From positions 34,010 to 98,009 of the forward strand of contig DATHVV010000063.1 of assembly GCA_035461105.1 (NCBI GenBank): DNA of 64,000 nt, read 5' to 3'. The notes beneath the pieces were generated by a model. The model was not told the origin of the DNA. It saw nothing but the letters and a program-made list of their open reading frames with translations, and did no database searches. Shown one piece after another: positions 17,155 to 29,225 of the stretch (position 1 is the stretch's first letter; every line of letters starts with the position of its first letter). The DNA comes from Longimicrobiales bacterium (GTDB lineage: Bacteria > Gemmatimonadota > Gemmatimonadetes > Longimicrobiales > RSA9). Position numbers and translations under genes: made by a program.

Positions 17155-20085
17155 TCAGGGCGCGGCCGCCGCGACTCCGGCGGCGGGCCCGCTCACGCCG
17201 AGGCTGCCGTGATGCAGCAGCGCGTTGAACAGCAGCGGATACGAGCCTAGCGTCTCGGAGCGCCAGAACGGGTTGAAGCTGAACAGCAGCACGTGTCCCC
17301 TGCCGTAGCTCACGTCGATCAGGGCCGGCGCGTTCGCCAGCGCGTCGCCACCCCGCAGGCCGCCGCTGATCAGCAGGTCCTTTGGCTGCTCCGCGAAGCG
17401 CATCACCACTCGAGCGTCCCGGATCGCCTGCGCCGGCGTGGGCGTGGAGTCCGGGTTCTCGCGCCGGAACTCCTCGACCCGATCGCCGCCCAGATCGCGG
17501 GCGCGGCCCTGCACGATGTCCGGCTCGTCCAGGCCGCCGCGGCTGCTGCGCCGTGCGGTGGTGCTGACTTCCGCTGGAGAGCGGGGTGCGGCCGCCGGAC
17601 GTGCGGCTGCGCCGAAGCCCCCGGGCGCGCCGGGTCCGCCGGCGATCGCGAACACCGGCGCGGTGTTGAAGTAGACGCCCAGCTCCTCGTCGAAGCCGTA
17701 CCCCAGCGGGCTCGCGGGATCCACGATGCGGCTGCGGAAGACGCCACCGCGAGCCCAGAGCGAGGGCGTCTCCCGGATCTGCACGCCCGGAGTCATCCCG
17801 AAGTGCACCGGCAGTACCGATGTGTTCTGCAGCGTGATCAGCGTGCCGCCGGCCTTCACGAAGTTCGACAGGTTGAGCACGCCGGTGAGCTCGAGGCCGC
17901 CGCGCATGTCGGGGCTGGACGCCTGCCGGCCGAGGTTCGGGGTGAGCGCGGTCTTCTGCCACGGCAGCGGCTGCTCGCCCTGCAGACCGTTCAGCAGCAC
18001 CAGCGCGCTGTTCGTCGCCGGCCCGAAGATGAGCACGTCGTAGCGGTCACCCAGCCGCGCGTCGTCGCGCACGTCGTGCACCGAGATGTACTCGTACGGC
18101 ACCCCGTACTCGTCCAGCCCGATCCGCACCCAGCCTTCGTTCTGGGTGGTGGTCCAGGTGTGCACCACCGCGACGCGCGGCACCACGACCGGGTGGGTCG
18201 CGACCGCCGGCACGTCGGCCACGCCGCGCGCCACGAATCCGTATTCCGCCGTGGCCCGCTCCAGCAGCGCCGCCAGGTTGTCGGGATTCCCGCGTGCCGG
18301 GATGATGAACGAGCCCGCGGGATAGCCATGGCCGCCGCTCTCGAAGGCCACTTCGGCCGCGAGCACGCGCAGCCTGCGGTGTGCGAAGCGGAACGCGGCC
18401 AGCCCGTTTTCGGCCCGGTTCGCGATCACGAACGCGCGCGCACCCGCGGCGTCTGCGACGGCACCGCCGGCCCGGACGGGCTCGGTGATCCGCGTCATCG
18501 CTGTCCCGAGCAGAGTCGTGTCCTCGACCCGCACGCTCCGCGTGTTGTAGAGCGGCGCGAGCGTCCAGCCGACATCGTCGTAGGGGGCGGGGTCCTCCGG
18601 GTTGTAGTACTGCCGGTCGAGCAGCATGTCCGCGGCGCGCGAGAACGGCTGGTCCATGCGCACCACCATGCTGCCCGGCGGGAACGTATCGGTCGCCGTC
18701 GCCGCCGGCGCGTCGAGCCGGTGCACCTCGATGCCGTGCCGCTGCAGCAGCTGCAGCAGTCGCGCCTGCTGCCCGGGCCGCGGATCGGACGCCGGGAAGA
18801 CGTACCCGGCCGGGCCCTCGGCGCGGGCCTTCGCGACGGCGCGCTGGCTCTTCAGGTAGAAGCTCCGCAGATACTCGGTGCGGTTCCCGGCGACCTCGCC
18901 GAGCGCGACCAGCAGCGCACTCTGCTGCAGGTTCACGTTGTTGCGGATCGACCAGACCACCTCGGGCAGCGGCGTGTTCGGCCGGTGCCAGGCCCGGTCC
19001 ACGCTCGTGCGCACGATGCGGTTCGAGGCGTCGCCCGCCCCCTGAGTCTCGTAGAAGCGGCCGATCGAGTTGCGGATGTTCGCGGTCCAGAGCAGGTAAT
19101 TGGGCGACCAGCCGTCGTAGAAATCGAACGTGTAGACCCCGGGCACGCCGTAACCGGTCAGCGCCTCCACCTCGCGATGCGCGAGCCGGTACCACTCGCT
19201 GATCAGCACCGGGTCCACCCAGGCGTTGTATGGCCCGCGACCGGTCGACGTGTACAGGTACGAGGCGGACTCGTGCAGGTCGTGCAGCACCGTCGGGTTC
19301 CATTCCAGGAAATGACGGGTGACGTGCCGCGAGAGCTGCAGCGCGAGCCCGATGTTGTCGCGGTTGTTGTCGTGGGCGACGTACTTGCCCCAGTACGCCA
19401 GGCGGCTGGCCACGTTCGCCTTCGGGTCCCGGCGCTTCGCCATGTGCAGGTCGACCTGCTTGGCGCGGCCATCCACCTCGAGCACCGGTGTCAGCATCAC
19501 GATCAGGTTATCGCGGATCCGGCGTACCGCCTCCGATTCGTCCACCGCCAGCCGATACGCCAGCTCCATCAGCATCTCCGGCGAGCCGGTCTCGGGCGAA
19601 TGGATGGCTCCCGTCGCCCAGTAGACCGGCTTCGCCTGCGCGATCAGCAGCTCCGCCTCGGACGGGGGCGTGCGGCGCGGATCCGCGAGCCGGGCCAGCA
19701 GGTCGCGATATTCGTCCAGCCGGGCGATCGTCGGCGCGTCGGAGATGACCACCACGATCAGCTCGCGACCTTCCTCGCTCTCGCCGAGCGACAGCACGCG
19801 GACCCGGTCGGAGGCCGCCTCGATGGCACGCATGTAGGCGTGCACGTCCTCGGGGTACGTGAGCACATTGGGCGCGCCGGCGATATGCCCGAGCACCGCG
19901 AGCGGCGTCGGCACCGTCTCCGACTTCGGCAGATAGTCGACGAGCGGCGTGAGGAAGAACGGCTCGGTCGTGTAGGCGCGGATCTGAACGCCGTACGCCG
20001 AGTCCTGCGGCTGCTGGCCGAAGGCCGCGGTTGAAAGCAGCAGGAGCGCGACCGCCAGCCGCAGCGCGCGAAGCATCGGGGCCAT
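17155..20085 (-). CDS. M14 family zinc carboxypeptidase-like protein, secreted
   Basis: 976 aa with a signal peptide (LLLLSTAAFGQ). An HxxE-type zinc-binding region (AIHSPETGSPEM) and overall M14 architecture. Recognised from memory only. Confidence 0.75.
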   Translation of the reverse strand: MAPMLRALRLAVALLLLSTAAFGQQPQDSAYGVQIRAYTTEPFFLTPLVDYLPKSETVPTPLAVLGHIAGAPNVLTYPEDVHAYMRAIEAASDRVRVLSLGESEEGRELIVVVISDAPTIARLDEYRDLLARLADPRRTPPSEAELLIAQAKPVYWATGAIHSPETGSPEMLMELAYRLAVDESEAVRRIRDNLIVMLTPVLEVDGRAKQVDLHMAKRRDPKANVASRLAYWGKYVAHDNNRDNIGLALQLSRHVTRHFLEWNPTVLHDLHESASYLYTSTGRGPYNAWVDPVLISEWYRLAHREVEALTGYGVPGVYTFDFYDGWSPNYLLWTANIRNSIGRFYETQGAGDASNRIVRTSVDRAWHRPNTPLPEVVWSIRNNVNLQQSALLVALGEVAGNRTEYLRSFYLKSQRAVAKARAEGPAGYVFPASDPRPGQQARLLQLLQRHGIEVHRLDAPAATATDTFPPGSMVVRMDQPFSRAADMLLDRQYYNPEDPAPYDDVGWTLAPLYNTRSVRVEDTTLLGTAMTRITEPVRAGGAVADAAGARAFVIANRAENGLAAFRFAHRRLRVLAAEVAFESGGHGYPAGSFIIPARGNPDNLAALLERATAEYGFVARGVADVPAVATHPVVVPRVAVVHTWTTTQNEGWVRIGLDEYGVPYEYISVHDVRDDARLGDRYDVLIFGPATNSALVLLNGLQGEQPLPWQKTALTPNLGRQASSPDMRGGLELTGVLNLSNFVKAGGTLITLQNTSVLPVHFGMTPGVQIRETPSLWARGGVFRSRIVDPASPLGYGFDEELGVYFNTAPVFAIAGGPGAPGGFGAAARPAAAPRSPAEVSTTARRSSRGGLDEPDIVQGRARDLGGDRVEEFRRENPDSTPTPAQAIRDARVVMRFAEQPKDLLISGGLRGGDALANAPALIDVSYGRGHVLLFSFNPFWRSETLGSYPLLFNALLHHGSLGVSGPAAGVAAAAP

Positions 20086-20311
20086 AGGACCTCATCGGGG
20101 AAAGGAACGCGGGCGCACCCGCATGATGCCCCGGCGCCCGGAACCCGACAAGCCCGAACCTGCGCGCAGTCGGACGACACCGCCGGCGTCCCCATGAACG
20201 AACCAGGCGACCGGCGGCCCGGGAGCCGATTCGGGGACGCCCCCTGCCGGCCGAGGTCGAAGCGGTCGGCCACGGTCTCAGTCCGCAGTCCCTCGCCCTC
20301 GACCCTGCCGC

Positions 20312-21337
20312 TCAGATCCAGTCGCGCCGGCGGAAGAACGTGAACAGCGAGCCAGCCACCGCCAGCATGATCGCCACCGCGACGAAGTAGCCGTAGCGCC
20401 AGCTCAGCTCGGGCATGTGCCGGAAGTTCATGCCGTAGACGCCGGAAACCACGGCCATGCTCATCAGGATGATCGACCAGGCGGTCATCATGCGGACGGT
20501 CGCGTTGAGCTGGTTGGACGAGATCGAGAGCTGACCCTCGAGGGTGGCGGCCAGCAGGTCGCGCAGCACGTCCAGCTCCTCCGCGATGCGCATGGCGTGG
20601 TCGCGGATGTCCATGAAGTACGGGATCAGCTCGGCGTTGATGAACGGGAGGTCGCGGCGCACGACGTCGCCCAGCATGTCACGCTCCGGGCCGACCACGC
20701 GCCGGAACAGCACCAGCTCGCGGCGCAGGCCGAGGATGTCCTGCATCGCGGCCGGGGCGGCGTCATCGAAGATCTCGGTCTCGAGCTCGGCGACGCGCTC
20801 CGCGAAGTGCTCCATGATCGGGAAGTAGTCGTCGACCACGGCATCGATGAGCGCGTGGGCCAGGTGGCCGACCTCGCGGAAGAGCGTGGGTGCGGCGCGC
20901 CAGCGGGCGAGCACGGCCCGCAACTCCGGGATGCCGTGATCGCGCACCGTGATCAGGAACCCCGCGCCGATAATAAGGTGCAGCTCGGTGAACGCGACGC
21001 GGTTGCGCTCGGGGTTGATGTGCGCCGCGTAGGACACGATGAAGAGGTGCGACCCGAAGCGGTCGATCTTCGGCCGCTGCCGGCCGCGCAGGCAGTCCTC
21101 GACCGCGAGCTGGTGGATACCGAGTCCGCGCAGGAACTCGCCCTCGCTTTCGGCAGGGGCGACGATGTCCAGCCAGATCGGCGGGCCGTCCGGCGCAGCG
21201 AGCGGTGCGCCCAGCATGGCGCGGATCCGCTCGCCCGCCTCGGCCACGGGGATGGCGCGCACCCGCGTGCCGTCGGCGCGGAACGCGCGCACGCGGGTGT
21301 GGCTGCCCTGCTCCGACTCGGCCAGGTCCGGCTCCAT
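20312..21337 (-). CDS. corA: Magnesium/cobalt transporter CorA
   Basis: Two C-terminal transmembrane helices with the signature YGMNF (GMN) motif. Length is 341 aa. Confidence 0.9.
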   Translation of the reverse strand: MEPDLAESEQGSHTRVRAFRADGTRVRAIPVAEAGERIRAMLGAPLAAPDGPPIWLDIVAPAESEGEFLRGLGIHQLAVEDCLRGRQRPKIDRFGSHLFIVSYAAHINPERNRVAFTELHLIIGAGFLITVRDHGIPELRAVLARWRAAPTLFREVGHLAHALIDAVVDDYFPIMEHFAERVAELETEIFDDAAPAAMQDILGLRRELVLFRRVVGPERDMLGDVVRRDLPFINAELIPYFMDIRDHAMRIAEELDVLRDLLAATLEGQLSISSNQLNATVRMMTAWSIILMSMAVVSGVYGMNFRHMPELSWRYGYFVAVAIMLAVAGSLFTFFRRRDWI

Positions 21338-23038
21338 TCAGCGGCTGCCGCCCAGCATCTGCTCGCGCCGCGCGCGGAACTCCGTGCCCGGGCTCCACTC
21401 CGGCCAGGTCTCGGCCTGGGCGACCCGGTAGCCGACCTCGAGCAGGATCTGGGCGTCCTCCACGGCCCCGGAGAGGTCCCAGTCCGGCTTGATCTCGTCG
21501 CTCGGCTTGTGGTAGTCGTTCGCCGTGTATTCCTCGCGCTTGCGCTGGCTGAAGTCCGTCGGCTTGCCGATGTACTGCGTGCCGCCGCGGATGTAGAGCG
21601 CGGGCACGCCCTGCTTCGCGAACTCGAAGTGGTCGGAGCGGTAATAGAACCCCTTCTCCGGCTCGGCATCGGGCGCGAGCGTGCGTCCGCGCGGTGCCAC
21701 CGCCAGTGCGAGGACGTCGTCCAGGGTGGAGTTGCCCAGGCCGATCACGCCCAGGTCGCTGGTGCGCCCCCACTGGTTCACGCCATCCATGTTGATGTTG
21801 GCAAGCGTCTGCGTGAGCGGATAGAGCGGGTTCTCGGCATAGTACTTCGCGCCCAGCAGACCCTTCTCCTCCGCGGTCACGGCCAGGAACAGGATGGAGC
21901 GCTTGGGGCGCGGCTGGTTCTGGGCGAACGCTTTCGCGATCTCCAGCATGGCGGCCGTGCCGGAGGCATTGTCGAGCGCGCCATTGAAGATCTGGTCGCC
22001 GCTGCGCGTCGTATCCCGGCCGAGGTGGTCCCAGTGCGCGGTGTAGATGATGTACTCGTCCGGGCGCTCGGTGCCGGTCAGCTTCGCGATCACGTTCCTC
22101 GACTGCACCTCGCGCAGCTGGTTGCGGATCGTGAAGCTGGCCGTGCCGTTCAGCGGCACCGGCCGGAAATCCTGCCGGCGCGCGGCCGCCTTGAGCTGGT
22201 CGAAATCCTGGCCGGCCGCGGCCAGCACCCGGCGGGCCGCGGGCTCGGTCAGCCAGCCCTGCACCGGCACGGGGGGGGCGCTGCCGAGCGGTGCGCGCAC
22301 GTCGAACGTCTCGCGGCCCCAGCCGGCGGAGAGCACCTCGAAGGGGTAGCCGGCGGGTCCGGTCTCATGCACGATCAGCGCGGCCGCCGCTCCCTTCTCC
22401 GCCGCGATCTGGTACTTGTACGTCCAGCGTCCGTAGAGCGTCATGGCGCGGCCGCGGAAGATCGCGGTGTCGAGCACCGCGCTGTCGGCTGCGCTCGGCA
22501 CGGGCGGATCGTTCACCAGCATGACGATCGTCTTGCCGCGCACGTCCACGCCCTTGAAATCGTCCCAGCCGTACTCCGGGGCGACGACGCCGTAGCCGAC
22601 GAACACCAGCTCGCTGTCCGCGACGCGCACCTCCGGCTCCGCGCGCAGCGTGCTCGCGATGTAGTCGGTCGGTCCGTTCAGCGGCATCGCCGAGCCGGCG
22701 ATCCGCAGCGAGCCGGCCACGTCCGAGGTGATGCCGACCATCGGCACGTTCTGCACGTAGGTGCCATCCGGGTTGCCCGGCTCCAGGCCCATCGCCTGGA
22801 ACTGCTCCGTCAGGTAGCGCACGGTGCGTTCCTCGCCGGGCGTGGCCGGGGCGCGCCCCTCCATGCTGTCGTCGGCCAGGACGCGAATGTGCGCGAGCAT
22901 GCTTTCGGCGGTGATCCGGGCGAATGCCGGCTGCAGCCCTTCCAGGTCGGGCTCGTCGGTCGCGGTCGCGGGCTCATCGGCGACACAGCCGACGCCGAGC
23001 AGCGCCAGAATCAGCGAAGTGGCGTATACGGGCTTCAA
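21338..23038 (-). CDS. M28 family aminopeptidase with PA domain, likely lipoprotein
   Basis: Probable TTG start (GGAGG 8 nt upstream) giving [19 protein letters not shown]28 zinc ligand motifs are present ([22 protein letters not shown]). The upstream 80 aa of the long ORF is R/P-rich and judged spurious. Confidence 0.8.
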   Translation of the reverse strand: MKPVYATSLILALLGVGCVADEPATATDEPDLEGLQPAFARITAESMLAHIRVLADDSMEGRAPATPGEERTVRYLTEQFQAMGLEPGNPDGTYVQNVPMVGITSDVAGSLRIAGSAMPLNGPTDYIASTLRAEPEVRVADSELVFVGYGVVAPEYGWDDFKGVDVRGKTIVMLVNDPPVPSAADSAVLDTAIFRGRAMTLYGRWTYKYQIAAEKGAAAALIVHETGPAGYPFEVLSAGWGRETFDVRAPLGSAPPVPVQGWLTEPAARRVLAAAGQDFDQLKAAARRQDFRPVPLNGTASFTIRNQLREVQSRNVIAKLTGTERPDEYIIYTAHWDHLGRDTTRSGDQIFNGALDNASGTAAMLEIAKAFAQNQPRPKRSILFLAVTAEEKGLLGAKYYAENPLYPLTQTLANINMDGVNQWGRTSDLGVIGLGNSTLDDVLALAVAPRGRTLAPDAEPEKGFYYRSDHFEFAKQGVPALYIRGGTQYIGKPTDFSQRKREEYTANDYHKPSDEIKPDWDLSGAVEDAQILLEVGYRVAQAETWPEWSPGTEFRARREQMLGGSR

Positions 23039-23225
23039 GGGAGACCTCCATGGTCGAGAGTCGATGGCGCAATGTAAGCGGCGGCGCCGCGGGCGGCATG
23101 AGGGCGGGCGCGCGCGGTGCCGGCAGCTCCGCCCGGAGCGGAAGCGGCCGGCGCCCGCTGCCGGGGTCAGCGGCCGCGGACAGCACCGACTGGTGCGATG
23201 CGGGCGCCGGGCGCGAGATTGGCCC

Positions 23226-23969
23226 ATGCCCATGAACGCCGAGCTGGTCCTGGTCGATTTCGACGATACGCTGGTCGCCACCGCTCCGCGCTTCGAGGCT
23301 GCCCGCCGCCGCCTGTTCGAGCGGCTGCGCGAGTGCGGTCACGAGGAGCGGCTGGTCCGGACGCTGCACCACGAGATCATCGACCCGCCCATGCGGGCCC
23401 GCTACGGATTCGGCCCGCGCCGGCTGGCCCATGCCTTCCGGGCCACCTACGAGGCGCTCTGCGCCCAGCGCGGCGAGGCGCCGGACGCGGCGCTGGCGCG
23501 CGAGTGCGAGGAGCTCGGCCGCTCCGTGCTGGGCGCACCCCCGGCGGTGGACGGCGCCCTGGAGGCGCTCGCCCGCCTGGCCGCGCGGCTGCCGACCGCG
23601 CTCTACACCCAGGCCGGCGACCCCGACTACCAGCTCGAGTGCGTGCGTGCGGCCGGTGTGCTCGAGGTGCTCACGCCGGAGCGCGTCCACATCTGCGCGC
23701 ACAAGACCACGGAGGCGTTCGCGCTGGTGCTGGACCGATTCCGGGTGCGCGACCCTGGGGCCGTGTGGATGATCGGCAACAGCATCCGCAGCGACGTCAA
23801 TCCCGCCCTGGAGCTCGGCGCCAACGCGATCCTCGTGGAAATCGAGGATCCCTGGACCTACGACGTCGTCGAGCCCGTCCGGAACGGCTTCGTGCGCGTG
23901 TCGTCATTCGCCGCGGCGGTCGACCTGCTGCTCGGCGGGAGCCGGCGCCCGGCCCGGTCCCGGAGCTGA
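23226..23969 (+). CDS. HAD superfamily hydrolase
   Basis: Motif I DFDDTLV immediately after the start ([17 protein letters not shown]). C-terminal motifs GNSIRSDV and a distal D are present. The upstream part of the long ORF (from 22824) is judged non-coding. Confidence 0.7.
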   Translation: MPMNAELVLVDFDDTLVATAPRFEAARRRLFERLRECGHEERLVRTLHHEIIDPPMRARYGFGPRRLAHAFRATYEALCAQRGEAPDAALARECEELGRSVLGAPPAVDGALEALARLAARLPTALYTQAGDPDYQLECVRAAGVLEVLTPERVHICAHKTTEAFALVLDRFRVRDPGAVWMIGNSIRSDVNPALELGANAILVEIEDPWTYDVVEPVRNGFVRVSSFAAAVDLLLGGSRRPARSRS

Positions 23970-23983
23970 CCGTGATCCCGGAC

Positions 23984-24421
23984 ATGAGTGACGAAGGCCT
24001 GCTGCGCGTCGATGAGTCGCTCGCGATTCCGCGCACCGAGCTGGAATACCGTGCGACCCGCTCCGGCGGTCCCGGCGGCCAGCACGTCAATACCTCGAGC
24101 ACCCGCATCGAGCTGACCTGGAACGTGCGCGAGTCGGCCGCGCTCGACGAGGCGCAGCGGGCCCGCATCATGGAGAAGCTGGCCAGCCGCATCGATGCGA
24201 ACGGGGTGCTGCGTATCGTGGCCGCGAACAGCCGCAGCCAGCACCAGAACCGGGAGACCGCGACCACGCGCCTGGCCGAAACCGTCGCGCGCGCGCTGCG
24301 CGTGCCGAAGCCGCGCCGGCGCACGAAGACGCCGCGGGCGGTGAAGGAGGCGCGGCTGCAGGAGAAGAAGCGGCGCTCGCGCGTCAAGCAGGACCGGGGG
24401 CCGGTGCGCCCCGACGAGTGA
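23984..24421 (+). CDS. arfB: Alternative ribosome-rescue factor ArfB (peptidyl-tRNA hydrolase, GGQ family)
   Basis: About 145 aa, with the GGQ motif (GGPGGQHVNTS) and a basic C-terminal tail (KPRRRTKTPRAVKEARLQEKKRRSRVKQ). Start is MSDEGLLRVDE. Confidence 0.85.
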   Translation: MSDEGLLRVDESLAIPRTELEYRATRSGGPGGQHVNTSSTRIELTWNVRESAALDEAQRARIMEKLASRIDANGVLRIVAANSRSQHQNRETATTRLAETVARALRVPKPRRRTKTPRAVKEARLQEKKRRSRVKQDRGPVRPDE

Positions 24422-24436
24422 CGCACCGGTGCCGGC

Positions 24437-26386
24437 TCAGCGCATGACCGGCAGGACCACGCGTGAACGTTGCTCGACCGAGCGATACACGCGCTGCGTC
24501 GTCGCCTCGAAGTCCGTGTCGCTCGCACTCCAGATATCCATGAAGCGACCCGGGTTGCGGTCGATCATGGGGAACCACGTGCTCTGCACCTGCACCATGA
24601 TCCGGTGACCGGCGGCGAACGTGTGGAAGACGTCGTTCAGCGTGAGGCGCAACGGCGTGGCGGCACCGGGCGTGAACGGCTCGGGCGTGCTCATCGAGTT
24701 GCGGAACTTGCCACGCAGGACATCGCCGCGGACCAGCATCTGGTAGCCGCCCGTGCGCGCGCGGTTCGCCGGCGGACCGCCGGTCCCGCTGTCCGGAAGC
24801 ACGTCGATCACCTTCACGATCCAGTCGGCGTCGGTTCCTGACGTGGCGACGATCAGCTCGACCTCGATCGGGCCGGCCACGGTCAGGTCACGCGCCAGTG
24901 GCTCCGTGCGGTAGACCAGCACGTCCGGCCGGCGCGCCGCGAAGCGCTGGTCCTCGACCATGAAGCCCGGATTGTACCAGTGGCGGTACTCGGCGGTATA
25001 CGGCACCGGCTTCGAAGGATCGCTCGTGTACTCGTCGAACGTGCCGGGAGTCTCCGTGGGCGGCTCCGGGCCGAGCGTGCCGCCGGCGCCCAGGTAGAAC
25101 GCCATGGGCGTAGTGCCGCGCGGCGGCCACGCAGGGACGAAGTGCCAGCGGTTCGCGCCCGTCTCGAACACGGCCGCCTCGAACTCGCGCGGGGCGTTCG
25201 TGCCGAGCAGGTGGTGATGGAAGAACGGCGCCTCGATGCTGTCATTGTAGAATACCGAGGTCAGCGAGCCCCAGCCGACCGCGCCCAGCGAGTCGCCGCG
25301 GGTGCCATTCCACTGCCCGTGCGACCACGGTCCCATCACCAGCCGATTCGAGGCGCCCGGACTCTGCCGTTCCGCCGCGGCGTAGGCGTTGAGCGCGCCC
25401 CACAGGTTCTCGGTATCGAACCAGCCGCCCACCCAGAGCATCGCCGGCTGCAGGTCGCGCAGCCACGGCCGTGCGCTCCGGGCCTGCCAGAACGAATCCC
25501 AGGTCGGGTGTCGCGACAGCTCATTCCAGAATCCGATGCTGTCGTGGAAGAACCGCGGGTTGGCGTTCGCGAGCGCGCCCAGTCGCTCGAGGAAGAACTC
25601 GTACCCGTCGGGCGTGCCATGGTCGATGCGCGGTGTGAACTCCGTGGTCGGCTGCGGCCGCGCCCGGCCGAAGCTGGAGAAGAAGTCGAACGCGTGCGGT
25701 AGCAGCAGCGCCCCGCCGTGCAGGAAATCGTCACCGCCCATCCACTCGGTCACCGGCGCCTGCGGCGAGACCGCCCTTACGGCCGGGTGCGCATCGATCG
25801 CGGCCATCGAGGCGTAGAAGCCGGGATAGGACGTGCCGCGGACGCCCACCCGGCCGTTGTTGCCGGGCACGTTGTGGATGAGCCACTCGACCGTGTCCCA
25901 CGCGTCGCTGGCCTCATCCACGTCCGCGCTCGAGCGCTTGTGCTCGATGTAGGGCCGCACGTCCGTGAACTCGCCCTCCGAGAGGTACCGCCCGCGCACG
26001 TCCTGGATCACGAATATGTACCCGTGGCGCAGGTACGACCTCCAGGCCGGAAGATCCGAGTTGCGGAAGAAGCCGGGGAACTGGTCCTCCCCGTAGGGGC
26101 CCGAGCTGTACGGCGTGCGCATCATCAGGATCGGGTGCCGCGCCGCCGTGTCCCGCGGCGCGTAGACCGCCGTGAACAGCCGGACCCCGTCGCGCATCGG
26201 GATCATGACCTCCCGCTTCGTGTAGCGCGGCGTGTAATCGGTTGCGGTCTGCTCCGGGGCGACCGGCGCGGCCGCGGGCGGTGGCCCGGCTGCCTGCGGC
26301 GCGGCTGCGGCCCGCTCCGGCCCAGCCTGCGGTGCAGTGGCGCACGACAGGAAAAGCAACCCGGTCAGCGGCAGCGCGAATCTCAT
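24437..26386 (-). CDS. CocE/NonD family hydrolase (S15 X-Pro dipeptidyl-peptidase-like), secreted
   Basis: Internal start MRFALPLTGLLFLSCA, with GGAGAG-type SD. The alpha/beta hydrolase has GxSYxG (GTSYPGF) and a C-terminal galactose-binding-like domain. Confidence 0.8.
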   Translation of the reverse strand: MRFALPLTGLLFLSCATAPQAGPERAAAAPQAAGPPPAAAPVAPEQTATDYTPRYTKREVMIPMRDGVRLFTAVYAPRDTAARHPILMMRTPYSSGPYGEDQFPGFFRNSDLPAWRSYLRHGYIFVIQDVRGRYLSEGEFTDVRPYIEHKRSSADVDEASDAWDTVEWLIHNVPGNNGRVGVRGTSYPGFYASMAAIDAHPAVRAVSPQAPVTEWMGGDDFLHGGALLLPHAFDFFSSFGRARPQPTTEFTPRIDHGTPDGYEFFLERLGALANANPRFFHDSIGFWNELSRHPTWDSFWQARSARPWLRDLQPAMLWVGGWFDTENLWGALNAYAAAERQSPGASNRLVMGPWSHGQWNGTRGDSLGAVGWGSLTSVFYNDSIEAPFFHHHLLGTNAPREFEAAVFETGANRWHFVPAWPPRGTTPMAFYLGAGGTLGPEPPTETPGTFDEYTSDPSKPVPYTAEYRHWYNPGFMVEDQRFAARRPDVLVYRTEPLARDLTVAGPIEVELIVATSGTDADWIVKVIDVLPDSGTGGPPANRARTGGYQMLVRGDVLRGKFRNSMSTPEPFTPGAATPLRLTLNDVFHTFAAGHRIMVQVQSTWFPMIDRNPGRFMDIWSASDTDFEATTQRVYRSVEQRSRVVLPVMR

Positions 26387-26411
26387 GAGTTCTCTCCCGG
26401 GACGGGACCAG

Positions 26412-26449
26412 AAAAAAAGGGCCGGACGGTCACCGCGACCGCCCGGCCC
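26412..26449 (-). terminator. Rho-independent terminator of gltA
   Basis: On the minus strand GGGCCGGGCGGTCGCGGTGACCGTCCGGCCC is followed by TTTTTTT, 20 nt after the gltA stop. Confidence 0.65.
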
Positions 26450-26469
26450 GTTCCCGAACCTGCAATCTG

Positions 26470-27816
<1,347 letters not shown>

Positions 27817-28101
27817 GAGATCGCCTCCTCGGCGCCTTGAGCGGGCAAGAGTGCTGGTGAGTGGCGGCCCGTTCCGGGGGCGCCAGGGCCGGCGCGCCCG
27901 GGGGGCGTACGGACTGTCCCTACGTTGCGCCGGGGGCAAGCTCGCGCGCAACCCGGCTTTCCCCCACCACGTGTAAGGATAACAGACTGCAGGGTCGGCT
28001 CACCGCGAGCGGTGGCGCAGTCCGGCGCATCCCGGTCAGCTGGGTCGGGCGGACCCACCGGCGCGCACGAGCGAACGGCGGCCCGGCGACTCGAGTTGCG
28101 C

Positions 28102-29205
28102 TCAGGTCGCGGGCATCACCGCCCCGGCGCCGACGTCGGCGAAGCGCGGCACGCCGATCAGGGCGAGCGTGCGGGCGATCTCGGCGCGCAGCACCTCGAG
28201 CACGTGCCGCACGCCCGGCTCCCCGGCCAGGCTCAGGCCCCACAGGTAGGGCCGGCCGATCAGCACCGCGTCCGCGCCCAGCGCGCGGGCCTTCACCACG
28301 TCGCTGCCGCGGCGTACGCCGCCGTCGAGCAGCACCGGCAGGCGGCCCGCCACGGCCGCCGCGATCTCCGGCAGCACCGCGAGCGTGGGCGGCGCGCAGC
28401 CGAGCTGCCGACCGCCGTGGTTGGAGACGATGATGCCGGCCGCGCCCCGGTCCACGCAGAGGCTTGCGTCCTCCGCGGTGAGTACGCCCTTCACGACCAC
28501 CGGCAGGTCCGACACGCCGGCCAGCCAGTCCAGGAAGCTCCAGGTGAGCGTCGGGTCGAACTCGCGGGCGATGAAGCGGTCCAGGCCCGAGCCGGCGGTG
28601 AGCGGCAGGGCGTGCTGCGGCATGCCGCGGAAATTCGCGATCTCGACTTCGGGGGGCAGGTGGAACTGGTTGCGCGCGTCGCGCGTGCGGTTCCCCTGCA
28701 CGGGCACGTCGACGGTAATGCACAGGGCGCGGCAGCCGGCGTCGCGGGCGCGCAGCACCAGGTCGCCGGTGAGGGCGCGGTCGCGCAGCACGTACAGCTG
28801 GAACCAGAGCGGCCCGGCGCTCGCCGCCGCCACGTCCTCGATGGCGGTGGTCGCGAGCGTGCTGAGCACCGGGATCGTGCCGAGCGTGTGCGCGGCCCGG
28901 GTGCTCGCGCGCTCGCCCTCGGGGTGGGCCAGGCACTGGAATGCCGCGGGCGCGAGCAGCACGGGGAAGGCGACGTCGTCTCCGAGCAGCCGCACGCGCG
29001 TATCGATCGCACTCACGTCGACGAGCACCCGCGGCCGGAGCCACCAGCGGTCGAACGCGCTGCGGTTGGTGCGCAGCGCCGCCTCCTCGTCGGCACCGCC
29101 CGCGTAGTAATCGAAGATGGCGCGAGGCAGGCGCTCGCCGGCGAGGGCCTCGCAGCTGTCCAGGTCGCGCGGGAGCCCGCGCTGGCCGTCGATTTCCACG
29201 CTCAA
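28102..29205 (-). CDS. lldD: FMN-dependent alpha-hydroxy acid dehydrogenase (L-lactate dehydrogenase/glycolate oxidase family)
   Basis: The N-terminal region has the FDYYAGGADEE motif. It is a TIM barrel with an SNHGGRQL active-site motif. The start is uncertain (TTG at 29205 or GTG at 29199). The long 765-aa ORF is an artefactual fusion with the alternate frame of the MATE gene. Confidence 0.75.
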   Translation of the reverse strand: MSVEIDGQRGLPRDLDSCEALAGERLPRAIFDYYAGGADEEAALRTNRSAFDRWWLRPRVLVDVSAIDTRVRLLGDDVAFPVLLAPAAFQCLAHPEGERASTRAAHTLGTIPVLSTLATTAIEDVAAASAGPLWFQLYVLRDRALTGDLVLRARDAGCRALCITVDVPVQGNRTRDARNQFHLPPEVEIANFRGMPQHALPLTAGSGLDRFIAREFDPTLTWSFLDWLAGVSDLPVVVKGVLTAEDASLCVDRGAAGIIVSNHGGRQLGCAPPTLAVLPEIAAAVAGRLPVLLDGGVRRGSDVVKARALGADAVLIGRPYLWGLSLAGEPGVRHVLEVLRAEIARTLALIGVPRFADVGAGAVMPAT

Positions 29206-29225
29206 GGTCTCATTTCCCGTCCGGG

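Noticed and set aside
15665-17962. 765-aa minus-strand ORF spanning speA and the M14 peptidase
   Set aside because: It is an alternate-frame read-through of two real genes. The translation is Arg/Gly/Pro-rich with no motifs.
23117-24421. 434-aa + ORF overlapping the HAD hydrolase
   Set aside because: Only the C-terminal 146 aa (ArfB, GGQ motif) is credible. The upstream portion is A/R/P-rich and is an out-of-frame read of the HAD gene.
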